A stretch of DNA of 64,000 nt from Gammaproteobacteria bacterium (GCA_965277715.1 OZ255836.1:3520001-3584000); one strand, 5' to 3'. Positions 19,319 through 32,323 are shown, numbered from the stretch's first letter. Made by a program: numbers and translations. Notes: a model not told the origin generated them from the letters alone.

Positions 19319-20509
19319 GTGTCCAAAGAGAAATTTGAAAGAAACAAGCCACACGTAAACGTGGGCACAATAGGCCATGTAGACCATGGTAAGACGACGT
19401 TGACAGCGGCGTTGACGAAGGTTCAGGCAGAGGCGATGGGGGGTGAGTTTAAAGCTTACGACCAGATAGACAATGCTCCGGAAGAACGCGCCCGAGGTAT
19501 AACGATTGCCACGGCGCACGTAGAGTACGAATCTGCAAATCGTCACTACGCCCACGTTGATTGCCCTGGACACGCGGACTATGTAAAAAACATGATAACC
19601 GGTGCTGCGCAGATGGACGGAGCTATTTTGGTGTGTTCAGCGGCCGATGGTCCAATGCCACAAACCCGAGAGCACATTCTGTTGGCGCGTCAGGTGGGAG
19701 TTCCCTACATTATCGTCTACCTGAACAAGGCCGATATGGTTGACGACGAAGAACTGTTGGAACTGGTTGAAATGGAAGTGCGAGAACTGTTGGATGCGTA
19801 TAACTTTCCGGGTGACGATACCCCGGTCATAATAGGTTCGGCACTTAAAGCGCTGGAAGGTGATACCAGCGAAATTGGTGTGCCTTCAATTAGCCGACTG
19901 GTTGAAGCGTTGGATAGTTACATTCTGCAGCCGGAACGTCCAATTGATCAACCGTTCCTGTTGCCGATTGAAGATGTGTTTTCGATTTCGGGTCGTGGCA
20001 CAGTGGTAACGGGTCGTATTGAACGCGGTGTTATCAAAGTGGGTAACGAGATAGAGATAGTTGGTATCCGCGAAACAGCGAAGACCACTGTTACGGGTGT
20101 TGAAATGTTCCGCAAGCTGCTGGACAGTGGTGAAGCGGGCGATAACGTTGGCGTACTGTTGCGTGGTACGAAGCGTGAAGAGGTTGAACGTGGTCAGGTG
20201 TTGTGTATCCCTGGCAGTATTAACCCGCATACAGTGTTTGAGGCGGAAGTGTATATTTTGGGTAAAGATGAAGGGGGTCGTCATACGCCGTTCTTCAATG
20301 GTTATCGTCCTCAGTTTTACTTTCGCACGACGGATGTGACGGGTGCGTGTGATCTACCGGAAGGTATTGAGATGGTGATGCCGGGTGACAACGTTAAGAT
20401 GAGTGTAAAACTGATTGCACCGATAGCGATGGAAGAGGGTTTGCGTTTTGCGATTCGTGAAGGTGGCCGTACCGTGGGTGCGGGCGTCGTATCGAAAATT
20501 ATTGAGTAA
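19319..20509 (+). CDS. tuf: elongation factor Tu
   Basis: [18 protein letters not shown]. Confidence 0.99.
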   Translation: MSKEKFERNKPHVNVGTIGHVDHGKTTLTAALTKVQAEAMGGEFKAYDQIDNAPEERARGITIATAHVEYESANRHYAHVDCPGHADYVKNMITGAAQMDGAILVCSAADGPMPQTREHILLARQVGVPYIIVYLNKADMVDDEELLELVEMEVRELLDAYNFPGDDTPVIIGSALKALEGDTSEIGVPSISRLVEALDSYILQPERPIDQPFLLPIEDVFSISGRGTVVTGRIERGVIKVGNEIEIVGIRETAKTTVTGVEMFRKLLDSGEAGDNVGVLLRGTKREEVERGQVLCIPGSINPHTVFEAEVYILGKDEGGRHTPFFNGYRPQFYFRTTDVTGACDLPEGIEMVMPGDNVKMSVKLIAPIAMEEGLRFAIREGGRTVGAGVVSKIIE

Positions 20510-20514
20510 CTATC

Positions 20515-20835
20515 ATGGCAGCCACTGATACCCAAACAATTCGCATTCGCCTGAAAGCGTTTGATCACCGTCTGATCGATAAGTCGGCGCGTGAAATTCT
20601 GGAAACCGCCAAGCGTACAGGTGCTTATGTGGTTGGCCCGATTCCACTACCGACTAAGAAAGAACGGTTCACTGTCTTGATTTCACCGCATGTGAATAAG
20701 GATGCGCGTGACCAATATGAAATACGTACACATAAGCGTTTGATTGACATCGTCGATCCAACGGATAAAACCGTTGATGCATTAATGAAGCTTGATCTGG
20801 CGGCCGGTGTGGATGTTCAGATTAAATTGAATTAA
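20515..20835 (+). CDS. rpsJ: 30S ribosomal protein S10
   Basis: [21 protein letters not shown]. Confidence 0.99.
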   Translation: MAATDTQTIRIRLKAFDHRLIDKSAREILETAKRTGAYVVGPIPLPTKKERFTVLISPHVNKDARDQYEIRTHKRLIDIVDPTDKTVDALMKLDLAAGVDVQIKLN

Positions 20836-20882
20836 AAATATCAACCAATGCAATCCAGTGCTTGGCTTGCAGATATTTCTAG

Positions 20883-21040
20883 TGCTATAATGCACGGCTT
20901 TCCGGCCCCGTAATAGCTAAGCTGTCACGGGGCTTGGTTTTGCCAGAGGCGTGAAAAATTTATTTTGCGCATGGCAGCTTTTTAGCAACATCGGTCAATC
21001 GTAATCGATGGTAGAGAATACCTGGGCACATTGTGCCCTT
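20883..21040 (+). promoter_or_regulatory. putative promoter and structured leader upstream of rplC
   Basis: Extended -10 TGCTATAAT (20883-20891), GC-rich discriminator, several hairpins in a 235-bp gap. Confidence 0.55.
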
Positions 21041-21070
21041 TAAGGTGTTGTTGTATTTAGAGGAATAACG

Positions 21071-21709
21071 ATGGCAATTGGTTTAGTCGGCCGCAAGGCA
21101 GGCATGACCCGTGTGTTTACTGATGCCGGTGAATCGGTGCCGGTAACTGTAATCGAGGTCGAGCCCAACAGAATTACTCAAGTAATGACTGAAGCGAACG
21201 ATGGATATCGGGCGTATCAAATTACTGTGGGCAGCAAAAAACCCTCACGTGTCAATAAACCAGAAGCAGGTCATTTTGCCAAGGCTTCAGTGGAAGCAGG
21301 GCACGGACTGTGGGAGTTCCGGCTCGCTGAAAACGAAGGCCAGGACTTACAGGCAGGTAGTGAGGTTTCGCTGAGTATTTTTGAAGAGGGACAAAAAGTC
21401 GATATCGCAGGTAAGACAATCGGTAAAGGTTTTGCCGGTGTTATCAAACGATACGGTTTTCATATGCAGGATGCCACTCACGGTAACTCTATCTCTCACC
21501 GCGCACCAGGTTCTATTGGTCAAAACCAAACACCAGGGCGTGTGGTAAAAGGGAAAAAGATGGCCGGACACATGGGGGCAGTACGTCGTACTGTGCAGAA
21601 CCTCAAAATTATCAAAGTTGACGTTGAAAAACAGTATTTATTAGTCAAAGGTGCTGTGCCCGGTTCGCGGGGCGGTGATGTCATCATTTTTCCGTCGGTT
21701 AAGGCATAG
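21071..21709 (+). CDS. rplC: 50S ribosomal protein L3
   Basis: [23 protein letters not shown]. Confidence 0.99.
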   Translation: MAIGLVGRKAGMTRVFTDAGESVPVTVIEVEPNRITQVMTEANDGYRAYQITVGSKKPSRVNKPEAGHFAKASVEAGHGLWEFRLAENEGQDLQAGSEVSLSIFEEGQKVDIAGKTIGKGFAGVIKRYGFHMQDATHGNSISHRAPGSIGQNQTPGRVVKGKKMAGHMGAVRRTVQNLKIIKVDVEKQYLLVKGAVPGSRGGDVIIFPSVKA

Positions 21710-21717
21710 GAGATCTG

Positions 21718-22323
21718 ATGGAACTGAAAATGCAAAATGGTTCAGGTGCTTTGCAAGTCTCCGATGAGATTTTTGCACGCGAATTTAACGAAGCGTTGAT
21801 TCATCAGGTTGTCAATGCGTATCTGTCGGCTGGTCGGGCAGGTACCCGGGCACAAAAAACGCGTTCACAGGTACGTGGTGGTGGCGCTAAACCATGGCGT
21901 CAAAAAGGCACTGGCCGTGCACGGGCGGGTACTATTCGCAGCCCTATCTGGCGCAGCGGTGGCGTTACTTTTGCGGCTAAACCACAAAACCATGAACAGA
22001 AAGTAAACCGTAAAATGTATCGTGGAGCGATTGGTTCAATTATTTCTGAATTGATTCGCCAAAATCGTTTGCAGGTCATCGACGGTATTGTGCTTGATTC
22101 GCCAAAAACCAAACAGTTGGTCGGTAAACTCAAGGAAATGGAATTGAACAGTGCATTGATTGTTACCGAGGCGCTTGAGCAAAATCTGTACCTCGCTTCA
22201 CGCAACCTACCCGATGTACAGGTTATTGATGTTGCTGCCGTCGACCCGGTTTCGTTGTTGCGTTACGAGAATGTCGTGTTTACGGCGGGTGCCGTAAAAC
22301 GTGTTGAGGAGTGGTTGAAATGA
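21718..22323 (+). CDS. rplD: 50S ribosomal protein L4
   Basis: [14 protein letters not shown]. Confidence 0.99.
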   Translation: MELKMQNGSGALQVSDEIFAREFNEALIHQVVNAYLSAGRAGTRAQKTRSQVRGGGAKPWRQKGTGRARAGTIRSPIWRSGGVTFAAKPQNHEQKVNRKMYRGAIGSIISELIRQNRLQVIDGIVLDSPKTKQLVGKLKEMELNSALIVTEALEQNLYLASRNLPDVQVIDVAAVDPVSLLRYENVVFTAGAVKRVEEWLK

Positions 22324-22619
22324 ATCAGGAACGAATGATGCAAATCCTGGTATCGCCGCACGTCTCGGAAAAGTCGACGATTGCCGCTGAAGCAATAAAC
22401 CAGCATACGTTTAAAGTGTTGGTGGATGCCAATAAGCTGGAAGTTAAACAAGCAGTTGAAAAATTGTTTTCGGTAAAAGTGCGTTCGGTGCGCATAGTTA
22501 AAATGAAAGGTAAAAACAAACGCTTTAGTCAACGACTTGGGCGTCGTGCCGATTGGAAAAAGGCATTTGTGTGTCTCGAAGACGGTCACGATATTGACTT
22601 TGTTGGAGGCGGAAACTAA
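22320..22619 (+). CDS. rplW: 50S ribosomal protein L23
   Basis: [15 protein letters not shown]; synteny. Confidence 0.98.
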   Translation: MNQERMMQILVSPHVSEKSTIAAEAINQHTFKVLVDANKLEVKQAVEKLFSVKVRSVRIVKMKGKNKRFSQRLGRRADWKKAFVCLEDGHDIDFVGGGN

Positions 22620-22621
22620 AC

Positions 22622-23449
22622 ATGGCGCTGGTAAAAACAAAACCGACTTCTCCGGGTCGCCGCTTTGTCGTTAAGGTCGTTAACAAAGACCTGCACAAAG
22701 GCGAACCTTGGGCTGGTCTGGTTGAGAAAAAATCCAAAACGGGCGGGCGCAATAATACCGGTCGAATTACCACACGCCATCGCGGGGGTGGTCACAAGCA
22801 ACGCTATCGTATTATCGATTTTAAACGTGATAAAGACGGTATTGGCTCGCGTGTTGAGCGTATTGAATACGACCCTAATCGTACAGCCAATATTGCATTA
22901 CTGGTTTATCTCGATGGTGAGCGCCGTTATGTCCTGGCGCCCAAAGGCGTCAAAGTTGACGATAAATTGATGTCAGGTCGTGAAGCGCCGATTAAACCGG
23001 GTAACTGTCTGCCATTGAGCAATATCCCAGTAGGTACCACTGTTCATTGTATTGAAATGAAACCCGGTAAAGGTGCACAAATGATCCGCTCAGCGGGTGG
23101 GTATGCGCAATTGGTTGCTCGCGAGGGTGTCCATGCGACACTTAGGTTGCGTTCTGGTGAGATGCGGAAAGTGCCTGTAACGTGCCGCGCCACTATCGGT
23201 GAAGTAGGCAATGGTGAACATGCACTGCGTAAATTGGGTAAAGCAGGTGCTAAACGCTGGCAGGGTGTGCGCCCAACAGTGCGCGGTGTTGCCATGAACC
23301 CAGTCGATCATCCACATGGTGGTGGTGAGGGTCGTACTTCTGGTGGGCGTCATCCTGTATCGCCTTGGGGCATGCCGACGAAAGGCTTTAAAACGCGATC
23401 TAATAAACGCACAGATCATATGATCGTGCGCCGACGTAAAAAGAAATAG
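22622..23449 (+). CDS. rplB: 50S ribosomal protein L2
   Basis: [17 protein letters not shown]. Confidence 0.99.
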   Translation: MALVKTKPTSPGRRFVVKVVNKDLHKGEPWAGLVEKKSKTGGRNNTGRITTRHRGGGHKQRYRIIDFKRDKDGIGSRVERIEYDPNRTANIALLVYLDGERRYVLAPKGVKVDDKLMSGREAPIKPGNCLPLSNIPVGTTVHCIEMKPGKGAQMIRSAGGYAQLVAREGVHATLRLRSGEMRKVPVTCRATIGEVGNGEHALRKLGKAGAKRWQGVRPTVRGVAMNPVDHPHGGGEGRTSGGRHPVSPWGMPTKGFKTRSNKRTDHMIVRRRKKK

Positions 23450-23461
23450 GCGGAAATTATT

Positions 23462-23734
23462 ATGCCACGTTCATTAAAAAAAGGACCGTTTGTCGATACG
23501 CATTTGCTCAACAAAGTTGAAGTTGCACATGCTAATAACGACAGACGGCCGATTAAAACCTGGTCTCGCCGTTCAATGATTGTTCCAGAAATGGTCGGAT
23601 TGACGATTGCTGTTCACAATGGTCGCCAACATGTGCCTGTATTGGTCAGTGAAAACATGGTAGGTCATAAATTAGGCGAGTTTGCGCTAACACGACTCTA
23701 TAAAGGTCATGTTGCAGACAAAAAGACGCGATAG
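23462..23734 (+). CDS. rpsS: 30S ribosomal protein S19
   Basis: [19 protein letters not shown]. Confidence 0.99.
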   Translation: MPRSLKKGPFVDTHLLNKVEVAHANNDRRPIKTWSRRSMIVPEMVGLTIAVHNGRQHVPVLVSENMVGHKLGEFALTRLYKGHVADKKTR

Positions 23735-23742
23735 GTGTTGAT

Positions 23743-24072
23743 ATGCAAGTAAGTGCCAAATTGAGACACGCGAGAATATCGCCACAAAAAGCGCGTTTGG
23801 TAGCCGATCAAGTACGTGGTATGCCGGTTGAACGTGCATTGCAGGAGCTTCAGTTCAGCAATAAAAAAGCGGCATCAATTACCCGGAAAATACTTGAATC
23901 GGCCATCGCCAATGCGGAGCATAACGAAGGTGCTGATGTTGATGAGTTGGTGATCTTAACCATCTTTGTTGATGAAGGGCCGGTAATGAAACGCTTGCGC
24001 GCACGTGCTAAAGGCCGTGCTAACCGAATTGTAAAACGCACTAGCCACATTACGGTTACCGTGGCCGATTAA
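23743..24072 (+). CDS. rplV: 50S ribosomal protein L22
   Basis: [17 protein letters not shown]. Confidence 0.99.
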   Translation: MQVSAKLRHARISPQKARLVADQVRGMPVERALQELQFSNKKAASITRKILESAIANAEHNEGADVDELVILTIFVDEGPVMKRLRARAKGRANRIVKRTSHITVTVAD

Positions 24073-24091
24073 ACGTTAAGGCGATAAGTTT

Positions 24092-24775
24092 ATGGGACAA
24101 AAAGTACATCCGATTGGCATCAGGCTTGGTATTTCCAGTGACTGGAATTCCACCTGGTATGCAAACAGTCAGGACTACGCAAATTACCTGAATGATGACT
24201 TGCGCATTCGTGAGTTTCTCAAAAAGAAACTTGCTCATGCTTCGGTTAGCCGTATTCAGATTGATCGACCAGCACGTGCGGTTGTGATTACGGTTCATAC
24301 TGCACGACCAGGTATTGTTATTGGTAAGAAAGGCGAAGATATTGAAAAATTGCGCCGTATTATTGCCCCGATGATGGGTATTAATATTAATAACGTGAAA
24401 ATCAATATTGCCGAAATCCGCAAACCTGAACTGGATGCTCAATTGGTTGCCGAGGGCGTTGCCCAGCAACTTGAACGCCGTGTGATGTTTCGCCGTGCGA
24501 TGAAACGCGTTATTACCAACACAATGCGCCTAGGCGCACAAGGCGTAAAGATTAGTGTGTCAGGCCGGTTAAATGGTGCAGAAATCGCACGCCGGGAGTG
24601 GTATCACGAGGGCCGTGTGCCGCTGCATACGCTGCGTGCAGATATTGATTACGGTGTTGCCGAAGCGAATACTACCTACGGCATCATTGGTGTAAAGGTG
24701 TGGATTTGCAAGGGAGAGGTTTTTGATCTCGAACAAAAACGTGCCGCTGATCGCAGCAACGTAGCAGCAAAATAA
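24092..24775 (+). CDS. rpsC: 30S ribosomal protein S3
   Basis: [21 protein letters not shown]. Confidence 0.99.
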   Translation: MGQKVHPIGIRLGISSDWNSTWYANSQDYANYLNDDLRIREFLKKKLAHASVSRIQIDRPARAVVITVHTARPGIVIGKKGEDIEKLRRIIAPMMGININNVKINIAEIRKPELDAQLVAEGVAQQLERRVMFRRAMKRVITNTMRLGAQGVKISVSGRLNGAEIARREWYHEGRVPLHTLRADIDYGVAEANTTYGIIGVKVWICKGEVFDLEQKRAADRSNVAAK

Positions 24776-24790
24776 GAGGTTTCGTTAACA

Positions 24791-25204
24791 ATGCTACAAC
24801 CAAAACGAACAAAATTTCGGAAACAGCAAAAAGGCCGCAATCGTGGTCTCGCTGTTAACGGTAACAAAGTCAGCTTCGGTGAATTTGGCTTAAAAGCAGT
24901 TGTGCGTGGTCGTATTACTGCACGTCAGATTGAATCGGCACGGCGTGCCATGACCCGCCATATCAAACGTGGTGGCAAGATCTGGATTCGGATTTTCCCC
25001 GATGTCCCGGTTACCAAAAAACCCATCGAGGTACGCCAGGGTAAAGGTAAGGGTAATGTCGAATACTGGGTGTGCAAGATTCAACCTGGAAAAATGTTAT
25101 ACGAAATGGAAGGCGTATCGGAACAGATTGCGCGTGAAGCATTTCGACTCGCCGCCGCAAAATTACCGATAGCCACTTCTTTCGTAACCAGAACGGTGAT
25201 GTGA
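24791..25204 (+). CDS. rplP: 50S ribosomal protein L16
   Basis: [11 protein letters not shown]. Confidence 0.99.
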   Translation: MLQPKRTKFRKQQKGRNRGLAVNGNKVSFGEFGLKAVVRGRITARQIESARRAMTRHIKRGGKIWIRIFPDVPVTKKPIEVRQGKGKGNVEYWVCKIQPGKMLYEMEGVSEQIAREAFRLAAAKLPIATSFVTRTVM

Positions 25205-25410
25205 TGAACGCGAAAGAATTGCGAGAAAAAGATTTGCCTGGCTTAGAACAGGAATTAATTGCACTGCGCCGTGAGCAATTTAATCTGCGTATGCAACAGG
25301 GGTCTGGGCAGGGTGTACGCCCTCACCAGATTCGCGATGTACGTAAAAATATTGCTAGGGTCCATACGGTTATTAATCAAATGAAAAAAGCGACGGGTGA
25401 GGCATCATGA
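25204..25410 (+). CDS. rpmC: 50S ribosomal protein L29
   Basis: [17 protein letters not shown]. Confidence 0.98.
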   Translation: MNAKELREKDLPGLEQELIALRREQFNLRMQQGSGQGVRPHQIRDVRKNIARVHTVINQMKKATGEAS

Positions 25411-25658
25411 ATGCTGAGTCAAAACTTCAACGCACCACTATGGGGCGCGTTGTCAGTGATAAAATGGACAAGTCAATCGTTGTCCTGGTTGAACGTATGG
25501 TTCGCCACCCGGTGTATGGGAAATTTATCAAACGCTCTAAAAAAATGCACGTGCATGATGCGGAAAATACCTGCCGGATCGGGGATGTTGTGCAAATTAA
25601 AGAATGCCGTCCATTGTCCAAAACAAAATCCTGGGAGCTGGTGAAAGTTGTCGATTAA
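25407..25658 (+). CDS. rpsQ: 30S ribosomal protein S17
   Basis: [19 protein letters not shown]. Confidence 0.99.
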   Translation: MNAESKLQRTTMGRVVSDKMDKSIVVLVERMVRHPVYGKFIKRSKKMHVHDAENTCRIGDVVQIKECRPLSKTKSWELVKVVD

Positions 25659-25743
25659 GCCCATTGGTTTAATAATTGATGTGAACTAAACAGACAAATA
25701 TAGATACCATCCGAGAGACTGGCCCAAGAGACTAGATACTGAA

Positions 25744-26112
25744 ATGATTCAAATGCAAACCGTTTTACACGCTGCGGATAATAGCGGAGCTAAAAAAGTT
25801 CAATGTATTAAAGTGTTGGGTGGTTCACGTCGTCGTTACGCGGGTATTGGTGACATCATCAAAGTCAGTGTAAAAGACGCTATTCCCCGTGGTAAAGTTA
25901 AAAAGGGTGAAGTGTATAACGCCGTGGTCGTGCGTACCCGCAAAGGTATTCGTCGGGGTGATGGTTCTGCAATTCGTTTTGACTCAAATGCGGCCGTTAT
26001 TCTCAATGCTAAACTTGAGCCGATTGGCACACGTATTTTTGGCCCAGTAACACGTGAGCTGCGTAGTGAACGGTTTATGAAAATTATTTCATTGGCACCT
26101 GAAGTGCTATGA
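25744..26112 (+). CDS. rplN: 50S ribosomal protein L14
   Basis: ADNSGAK, SLAPEVL. Confidence 0.99.
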   Translation: MIQMQTVLHAADNSGAKKVQCIKVLGGSRRRYAGIGDIIKVSVKDAIPRGKVKKGEVYNAVVVRTRKGIRRGDGSAIRFDSNAAVILNAKLEPIGTRIFGPVTRELRSERFMKIISLAPEVL

Positions 26113-26144
26113 GTCTCGAAGTATTGTGAGCTGAGAATAGAATC

Positions 26145-26462
26145 ATGCGAAAAATAAAGAAAGGTGATGATGTCGTCATCATCTGTGGTAAAGATAAAGG
26201 ACGTCGTGGCACAGTACAAAAGGCTTTGGCTAATGGCCGTTTGATCATAGATAACATCAATATGGTTAAAAAGCATACAAAGGCGAATCCTAACGCAGGT
26301 ATCGCCGGTGGTATTATTGAAAAAGAAGCATCGATTCACGCTTCTAACGTGATGCTCTTCAACCCAGCAAAAGAAGCGGGTAGTCGAGTGGGTTTTAGGG
26401 TGCTTGAAGATGGCAAAAAAGTGCGTTTCTTCAAGTCGAATGGCGAAGTAGTGGACGCTTGA
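26145..26462 (+). CDS. rplX: 50S ribosomal protein L24
   Basis: [18 protein letters not shown] motif. Confidence 0.99.
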   Translation: MRKIKKGDDVVIICGKDKGRRGTVQKALANGRLIIDNINMVKKHTKANPNAGIAGGIIEKEASIHASNVMLFNPAKEAGSRVGFRVLEDGKKVRFFKSNGEVVDA

Positions 26463-26471
26463 GGCTGAGAA

Positions 26472-27014
26472 ATGGCACGTTTACAAGAATTTTATAGAGA
26501 GACCGTTGTTCCACAGTTGAGTGAGCAATTTGGTTATGCTAGCGTTATGCAGGTACCGGCGATTACCAAGGTTTCGTTAAACATGGGCCTCGGTGAAGCC
26601 TTGACAGATAAAAAAGTCATCGACCATGCCGTTGGTGATATGTCAAAAATTGCGGGTCAAAAGCCTGTTGTCACCTTAGCCAGAAAATCGATTGCGGGTT
26701 TTAAGGTACGTGACGGTTGGCCTGTCGGTTGCAAAGTCACCTTACGTCGTCAACGCATGTATGAATTTCTTGACCGCCTAGTCAGTATCGCCATACCGCG
26801 AATTCGTGATTTTCGTGGTTTTACACCAAAAGCCTTTGATGGTCGTGGCAATTACAGTTTAGGTGTTAAAGAGCAAATTATTTTTCCGGAAATCGATTAC
26901 GATAAGATTGATGCAGTACGTGGTATGGATATAACTATCACCACCTCGGCAAAGACTGATGAGGAGGCGCTGGCTTTATTGCGTTACTTCAATTTTCCGT
27001 TCAAGCGAAGCTGA
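26472..27014 (+). CDS. rplE: 50S ribosomal protein L5
   Basis: [15 protein letters not shown]. Confidence 0.99.
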   Translation: MARLQEFYRETVVPQLSEQFGYASVMQVPAITKVSLNMGLGEALTDKKVIDHAVGDMSKIAGQKPVVTLARKSIAGFKVRDGWPVGCKVTLRRQRMYEFLDRLVSIAIPRIRDFRGFTPKAFDGRGNYSLGVKEQIIFPEIDYDKIDAVRGMDITITTSAKTDEEALALLRYFNFPFKRS

Positions 27015-27026
27015 CTGGTTACATTT

Positions 27027-27332
27027 ATGGCTAAGAACTCAATGGTTGCACGCGAAGAAAAACGTGCAAAACTAGTAAAAAAATACGCTGCCAGACGCGA
27101 TGCGTTACGTGCAATAGTGAAATCTGCCTCTGCTTCATTTGAGGAGCGTATGGATGCCAGTGCAAAGCTACAGGCTTTGCCACGAGATTCCAGCCCTTCG
27201 CGGCAGCGTAATCGTTGCCGTGTTAGTGGACGGCCACACGGTTTTTACCGGAAATTTGGTTTGTCCAGAAATAAATTGCGTGAAGCCGCTATGCGCGGTG
27301 ACGTGCCCGGTTTGGCTAAAGCCAGCTGGTAA
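27027..27332 (+). CDS. rpsN: 30S ribosomal protein S14 (101-aa form)
   Basis: [20 protein letters not shown]. Confidence 0.99.
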   Translation: MAKNSMVAREEKRAKLVKKYAARRDALRAIVKSASASFEERMDASAKLQALPRDSSPSRQRNRCRVSGRPHGFYRKFGLSRNKLREAAMRGDVPGLAKASW

Positions 27333-27376
27333 CTCGTTGGCAGTCAACTGCCCGAAAGTAGAGACAGGTAACTAAC

Positions 27377-27772
27377 ATGAGTATGTCCGATCCGATTGCC
27401 GATATGCTAACGCGCATTCGCAATGCACAACAAGTGAACAAAACCTCGGCTTCGCTGCCTTCTTCAAAGCAAAAAGTAGCCATAGCCAAGGTACTTGAAG
27501 AAGAGGGCTACATTAACGGGTTTGAAGTCAGTGATGCTGATGTCGGTAAAATCTTACGCGTTGATTTAAAGTATTTTCAAGGCAAGCCAGTTATCGAAAT
27601 GATTAAAAGGGTTAGTCGCCCGGGTTTGCGGATTTTTAAAAATAAAGATGAACTGCCAAAGGTACTCGGTGGCTTGGGTGTCTCTATTATTTCAACATCC
27701 AGTGGTGTAATGAGTGATCGCCGCGCACGTGCGAACGGACAGGGTGGTGAAGTACTCTGTTACGTAGCCTGA
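27377..27772 (+). CDS. rpsH: 30S ribosomal protein S8
   Basis: [13 protein letters not shown]. Confidence 0.99.
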   Translation: MSMSDPIADMLTRIRNAQQVNKTSASLPSSKQKVAIAKVLEEEGYINGFEVSDADVGKILRVDLKYFQGKPVIEMIKRVSRPGLRIFKNKDELPKVLGGLGVSIISTSSGVMSDRRARANGQGGEVLCYVA

Positions 27773-27796
27773 TAGTCGCTGTAGGTAGATATAAGT

Positions 27797-28330
27797 ATGT
27801 CGAGAATTGCAAAAAAACCGATTTCAGTGCCGGTGGGCACAGAAATCAATATCGACGGTCAAAGCGTAACAGCTAAAGGTGCTTTAGGCACTAAAGAGCT
27901 CATATTGCACAGTGCCGTGAGTGTGAATCAGGACGGCGGTGTGTTGCAGGTAATACCCAACTCTGATGCCAAGGGTGATTTTGCTATGGCGGGTACTATG
28001 CGTGCTTTGCTGAATAACCTGGTCAATGGTGTTACCAGTGGTTTTGAGAAGAAACTCACCTTGATTGGGGTTGGTTATCGTGCACAAATGCAGGGTTCCA
28101 CGCTCAATCTTACACTGGGTTTTTCGCATCCAGTTGAATATTCAGTGCCTGAAGGTATTCAGATCGAAACCCCAAGCCAAACAGAAATTGTGGTCAAGGG
28201 TAGCGATAAACAGGTAGTAGGCCAGGTTGCTGCTGATATTCGCGCTTACCGTCCCCCTGAACCTTATAAGGGTAAGGGTGTTCGTTATACCGATGAGTAT
28301 GTCATCAAAAAACAAGCCAAGAAAAAGTAG
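27797..28330 (+). CDS. rplF: 50S ribosomal protein L6
   Basis: PPEPYKGKGVRY. Confidence 0.99.
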   Translation: MSRIAKKPISVPVGTEINIDGQSVTAKGALGTKELILHSAVSVNQDGGVLQVIPNSDAKGDFAMAGTMRALLNNLVNGVTSGFEKKLTLIGVGYRAQMQGSTLNLTLGFSHPVEYSVPEGIQIETPSQTEIVVKGSDKQVVGQVAADIRAYRPPEPYKGKGVRYTDEYVIKKQAKKK

Positions 28331-28342
28331 GCAGATAGTTAT

Positions 28343-28696
28343 ATGGACAAGAAATTAAATCGATTACGCCGTGCAAGAAAAACACGTGCGAAAATAAGAC
28401 AACTGGGTGTTTGCCGGTTGACGGTTCACCGTACACCGCGTCACATCTACGCACAGGTGGTTTCTGCCGATGGTGTTTCGGTGCTCGCTGCTGCATCAAC
28501 GCTTCAGGCGGGTGTTCGCAGTGAAATTAAAAATACCGGTAATGTTGATGCCGCTGCTGTCGTAGGTAAAGCTGTCGCCGATAAGGCAAAGGCAGTGGGT
28601 GTGGAAAAAGTTGCCTTTGATCGATCAGGCTTCCAATATCACGGTCGTGTAAAAGCGTTGGCAGACGCTGCGCGCGAAGCCGGTTTGCAATTTTAG
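28343..28696 (+). CDS. rplR: 50S ribosomal protein L18
   Basis: [17 protein letters not shown]. Confidence 0.99.
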   Translation: MDKKLNRLRRARKTRAKIRQLGVCRLTVHRTPRHIYAQVVSADGVSVLAAASTLQAGVRSEIKNTGNVDAAAVVGKAVADKAKAVGVEKVAFDRSGFQYHGRVKALADAAREAGLQF

Positions 28697-28721
28697 TTTG
28701 GCGCTTTAAAGGGTACTCGCA

Positions 28722-29228
28722 ATGGCAAATGTCGAAGCACAAGCAAATAGTGATGGTTTTATTGAAAAGCTGGTGACTATTAACCGTGTCGCCAAGGTAG
28801 TAAAAGGTGGTCGTCAATTTGGTTTTACCGCGCTAACCGTTGTTGGTGATGGTGCGGGTAAGGTTGGATTTGGTTATGGTAAGGCTCGGGAAGTCCCGCA
28901 GGCTATTCAAAAAGCAATGGAAAAAGCACGTGGCAATATGATTGAAGTCGCGCTTAACGAAGGGACTTTGCAGTACTCCTTAACGGGTAAACACGGTGCC
29001 GCTCAGGTATACATGCAACCGGCATCTGAAGGTACAGGTATTATCGCCGGTGGTGCTATGCGCGCTGTGTTTGAGGCCGTTGGTGTACGTGATGTATTGG
29101 CGAAGATTATGGGTACCAATAACCCTATTAACGTTGTCCGTGCGACAGTTGAGGGTTTATCTGGCATGCATTCCCCCGAGCTGATTGCTGCGAAACGCGG
29201 TAAATCAGTTGAAGAGATAACGAGTTAA
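28722..29228 (+). CDS. rpsE: 30S ribosomal protein S5
   Basis: [12 protein letters not shown]. Confidence 0.99.
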   Translation: MANVEAQANSDGFIEKLVTINRVAKVVKGGRQFGFTALTVVGDGAGKVGFGYGKAREVPQAIQKAMEKARGNMIEVALNEGTLQYSLTGKHGAAQVYMQPASEGTGIIAGGAMRAVFEAVGVRDVLAKIMGTNNPINVVRATVEGLSGMHSPELIAAKRGKSVEEITS

Positions 29229-29232
29229 AATA

Positions 29233-29427
29233 ATGGCTAAATCGGCAAATAAAACGGTCAGACTCACGCAGGTGCGTAGCAAAAATGGTCGACTCAAAAA
29301 CCACAAAGCCTGTCTTTTGGGTTTGGGATTGCGCCGTATGCACCAAACTGTGGAAGTGATCGATACCCCTGAAAACCGTGGGATGATCAATAAAGTAGCT
29401 TACCTGTTAAAAGTCGAGGAAGTGTGA
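29233..29427 (+). CDS. rpmD: 50S ribosomal protein L30
   Basis: LGLRR, RGMINKV. Confidence 0.98.
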   Translation: MAKSANKTVRLTQVRSKNGRLKNHKACLLGLGLRRMHQTVEVIDTPENRGMINKVAYLLKVEEV

Positions 29428-29428
29428 A

Positions 29429-29863
29429 ATGCGCTTAAATGAAATAAAACCGGCGGCGGGCAGTAAAAGTACAGGCAAACGCGTTGGACGCGGTATTGGC
29501 TCTGGATTAGGTAAAACCTGTGGTCGTGGCCATAAAGGGCAACACTCGCGTTCAGGTGGTTATCATAAGGTAGGCTTTGAAGGCGGACAAATGCCACTTA
29601 AACAACGGTTGCCAAAATTTGGTTTTACTTCACGCATGGCACGCTACAGCGCTGAAGTACGTTTGCACGAGTTGGCCGGGTTAGATGCCGATGTGATCAC
29701 CTTGCAGACTTTAATTGAGGCCAATGTGGTACCACTGGAAACCAAAAAGGCAAAAGTGATTAAATCGGGTGAGTTGAATAAAGCGGTTAGCCTGCAGGGA
29801 ATTGCTGTCACTGCAGGAGCAAAGACAATAATTGAAGCGGCTGGCGGCAAGGTCGAAGCATAA
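29429..29863 (+). CDS. rplO: 50S ribosomal protein L15
   Basis: [20 protein letters not shown]. Confidence 0.99.
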   Translation: MRLNEIKPAAGSKSTGKRVGRGIGSGLGKTCGRGHKGQHSRSGGYHKVGFEGGQMPLKQRLPKFGFTSRMARYSAEVRLHELAGLDADVITLQTLIEANVVPLETKKAKVIKSGELNKAVSLQGIAVTAGAKTIIEAAGGKVEA

Positions 29864-29866
29864 ATT

Positions 29867-31216
29867 ATGGCGACTTCAGCGACAGCAATGGGTGGATTGG
29901 GTGGACTGGGCAAATCTGCCGAGCTGCGTTCGCGTTTGTTTTTTGTATTGTTTGCACTGGTTATCTTTAGAATTGGTTCGCATATTACTATTCCAGGTGT
30001 TGACCCACAGGCAATGGCTGCCATCTTTGATCAACAGCGTGGTGGTATTCTGGATATGTTTAATATGTTTGGCGGCGGGGCTCTGGCACGTATGTCGATT
30101 TTTGCGTTGGGGGTTATGCCCTATATCTCTGCATCAATCATTATGCAGTTGATGAGCCATGTTATTCCTACGCTTGAACAATTGCGTAAAGAAGGTGAGA
30201 CTGGTCGGAAAAAAATTACCCAATACACACGCTATGGCACGTTGATATTGGCTACAGTACAGGCTATTGGCATGTGTACTTTATTGAAAGGGCAGTCTTT
30301 TGGTGCAGTACCAGTAGTCTATATTGGTGGAATAAGCTTTGTGGTAACCGCGACGGTGACATTGGTGACTGGTACGATGTTTTTGATGTGGTTGGGTGAG
30401 CAGATTACTGAACGCGGTGTAGGGAATGGAATTTCCATTATTATCTTTGCAGGTATTATTTCAGGTTTACCGTCAGCAATAGGGGGCACTTTGGAGCTGG
30501 CGCGCACAGGTGAGTTGTCATCTTTTGTTGTTATTATTTTGTTCTTTATGGCAATTGCAGTGACTGCGTTTGTGATTTTTGTTGAGCGTGGGCAACGCCG
30601 GATAACGGTTAATTATGCCAAGCGCCAACAGGGACGTAAGATGTATGCGGCACAAAGTAGTCATTTACCGCTTAAACTGAACATGGCGGGTGTTATTCCA
30701 CCGATCTTTGCTTCGAGTATTATTCTGTTTCCGGCGACGATGGGTGACTTCGTTAGCAATGCCGAAGGGCTTGGTTGGTTGCAGAATGTTGTTGCAACCT
30801 TGCAGCCGGGGCAGCCTTTGTATGTTGCCTTTTATGCAACGGCTATTATGTTTTTTTGTTTTTTCTATACCGCATTGATTTTTAATGCGCGTGAAACAGC
30901 CGATAATTTGAAAAAATCAGGTGCGTTTATTCCTGGTATTCGCCCTGGCGAGCAAACGGCAAAATATATTGATGGTGTATTGACACGGCTTACACTTGTC
31001 GGTGCTTTGTACATTACGGCTGTTTGTTTGTTGCCAGAGTTTTTGATTCTATTCTGGCGGGTGCCATTCTACTTTGGTGGTACTTCACTGCTGATTATCG
31101 TTGTTGTGGTGATGGATTTTGTCGCTCAGGTTCAATCACACATGATGAGCCATCAGTACGACAGTCTGATGAAAAAAGCTAATTTAAAAGGTTATGGTTC
31201 GCGAGGTCTCCGCTAG
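29867..31216 (+). CDS. secY: preprotein translocase SecY
   Basis: [29 protein letters not shown]. Confidence 0.99.
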   Translation: MATSATAMGGLGGLGKSAELRSRLFFVLFALVIFRIGSHITIPGVDPQAMAAIFDQQRGGILDMFNMFGGGALARMSIFALGVMPYISASIIMQLMSHVIPTLEQLRKEGETGRKKITQYTRYGTLILATVQAIGMCTLLKGQSFGAVPVVYIGGISFVVTATVTLVTGTMFLMWLGEQITERGVGNGISIIIFAGIISGLPSAIGGTLELARTGELSSFVVIILFFMAIAVTAFVIFVERGQRRITVNYAKRQQGRKMYAAQSSHLPLKLNMAGVIPPIFASSIILFPATMGDFVSNAEGLGWLQNVVATLQPGQPLYVAFYATAIMFFCFFYTALIFNARETADNLKKSGAFIPGIRPGEQTAKYIDGVLTRLTLVGALYITAVCLLPEFLILFWRVPFYFGGTSLLIIVVVVMDFVAQVQSHMMSHQYDSLMKKANLKGYGSRGLR

Positions 31217-31240
31217 GAGGCTGTACGTGGGAGAAATAAG

Positions 31241-31354
31241 ATGAAAGTAGGGGCTTCAGTTAAAAAAATTTGCCGCAATTGCAAGGTAGTGAAACGCAAT
31301 CGTGTCATTCGCGTGATATGTAAAGATCCTAGACATAAGCAGCGTCAAGGCTAA
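31241..31354 (+). CDS. rpmJ: 50S ribosomal protein L36 (zinc-ribbon form)
   Basis: Hand translation [37 protein letters not shown]; below the ORF-track cutoff. Confidence 0.97.
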   Translation: MKVGASVKKICRNCKVVKRNRVIRVICKDPRHKQRQG

Positions 31355-31512
31355 TCACGTTAGAAGGCGTGCGTGAAGCATTATTCTTCACTCCGCTGAA
31401 ATAAACAGTTGTTTTGTATTTGAGTGAAATGGATCACTTGCGTATAATTCCGCGCTTTTCGCTTTATTGAAGCAGGCGAAACAAACAGTCAAAAATCGGG
31501 AGTCATTTACTG

Positions 31513-31869
31513 ATGGCACGTATTGCCGGTATCAATATACCGATGAACAAACATATATGGGTTGCACTGACGTCAATTTACGGTATTGGTCGAACCAGTG
31601 CGTATAAAATTTGTGGTAGTGCATCAATCAATCCAGACATAAAAGTACGGGATTTATCTGAGAGTGAAGTGGAAATTTTGCGTGGCGCTGTGGCTTCCTA
31701 CACGGTTGAAGGTGATTTGCGTCGTGATGTAGCGATGAATATCAAACGCCTAATGGATCTCGGTAGCTATCGTGGTATTCGCCACCGCCGTGGTTTGCCA
31801 ATGCGTGGCCAGCGGACCCGTACCAATGCGCGCACTCGTAAGGGTCCTCGCAGACCGATTAAGAAGTAG
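31513..31869 (+). CDS. rpsM: 30S ribosomal protein S13
   Basis: [20 protein letters not shown]. Confidence 0.99.
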   Translation: MARIAGINIPMNKHIWVALTSIYGIGRTSAYKICGSASINPDIKVRDLSESEVEILRGAVASYTVEGDLRRDVAMNIKRLMDLGSYRGIRHRRGLPMRGQRTRTNARTRKGPRRPIKK

Positions 31870-31899
31870 TAGCACTTACGGATTTATTGAGCACAAATT

Positions 31900-32286
31900 A
31901 TGGCCACCAGCAGCTCCAGTAGTAAAAAAACGAAACGAAGTGTTTCAGATGGCATTGCCCATGTACACGCATCGTTTAACAACACGATTATCATGATCAC
32001 TGACCGCCAGGGTAATGCACTTTCCTGGGCAACAGCCGGTGGTTCTGGTTTTCGTGGTTCACGAAAAAGTACACCGTTCGCCGCTCAGGTTGCCGCTGAA
32101 CGCGCCGGAGAGGCCGCTAAGGTCTATGGGTTGAAAAACCTTGATGTTAAGGTGAAAGGCCCCGGTCCTGGTCGCGATTCAGCCGTACGTGCCTTGAATA
32201 ATGTTGGCTATAAAATCGGATCGATTACGGATGTTACACCGATTCCTCACAATGGATGCCGTCCACCTAAACGTCGTCGGGTATAA
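31900..32286 (+). CDS. rpsK: 30S ribosomal protein S11
   Basis: [22 protein letters not shown]. Confidence 0.99.
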   Translation: MATSSSSSKKTKRSVSDGIAHVHASFNNTIIMITDRQGNALSWATAGGSGFRGSRKSTPFAAQVAAERAGEAAKVYGLKNLDVKVKGPGPGRDSAVRALNNVGYKIGSITDVTPIPHNGCRPPKRRRV

Positions 32287-32323
32287 ACCTTGCGTTTTTG
32301 CAAAAATTATTGGGAGTTAAACC

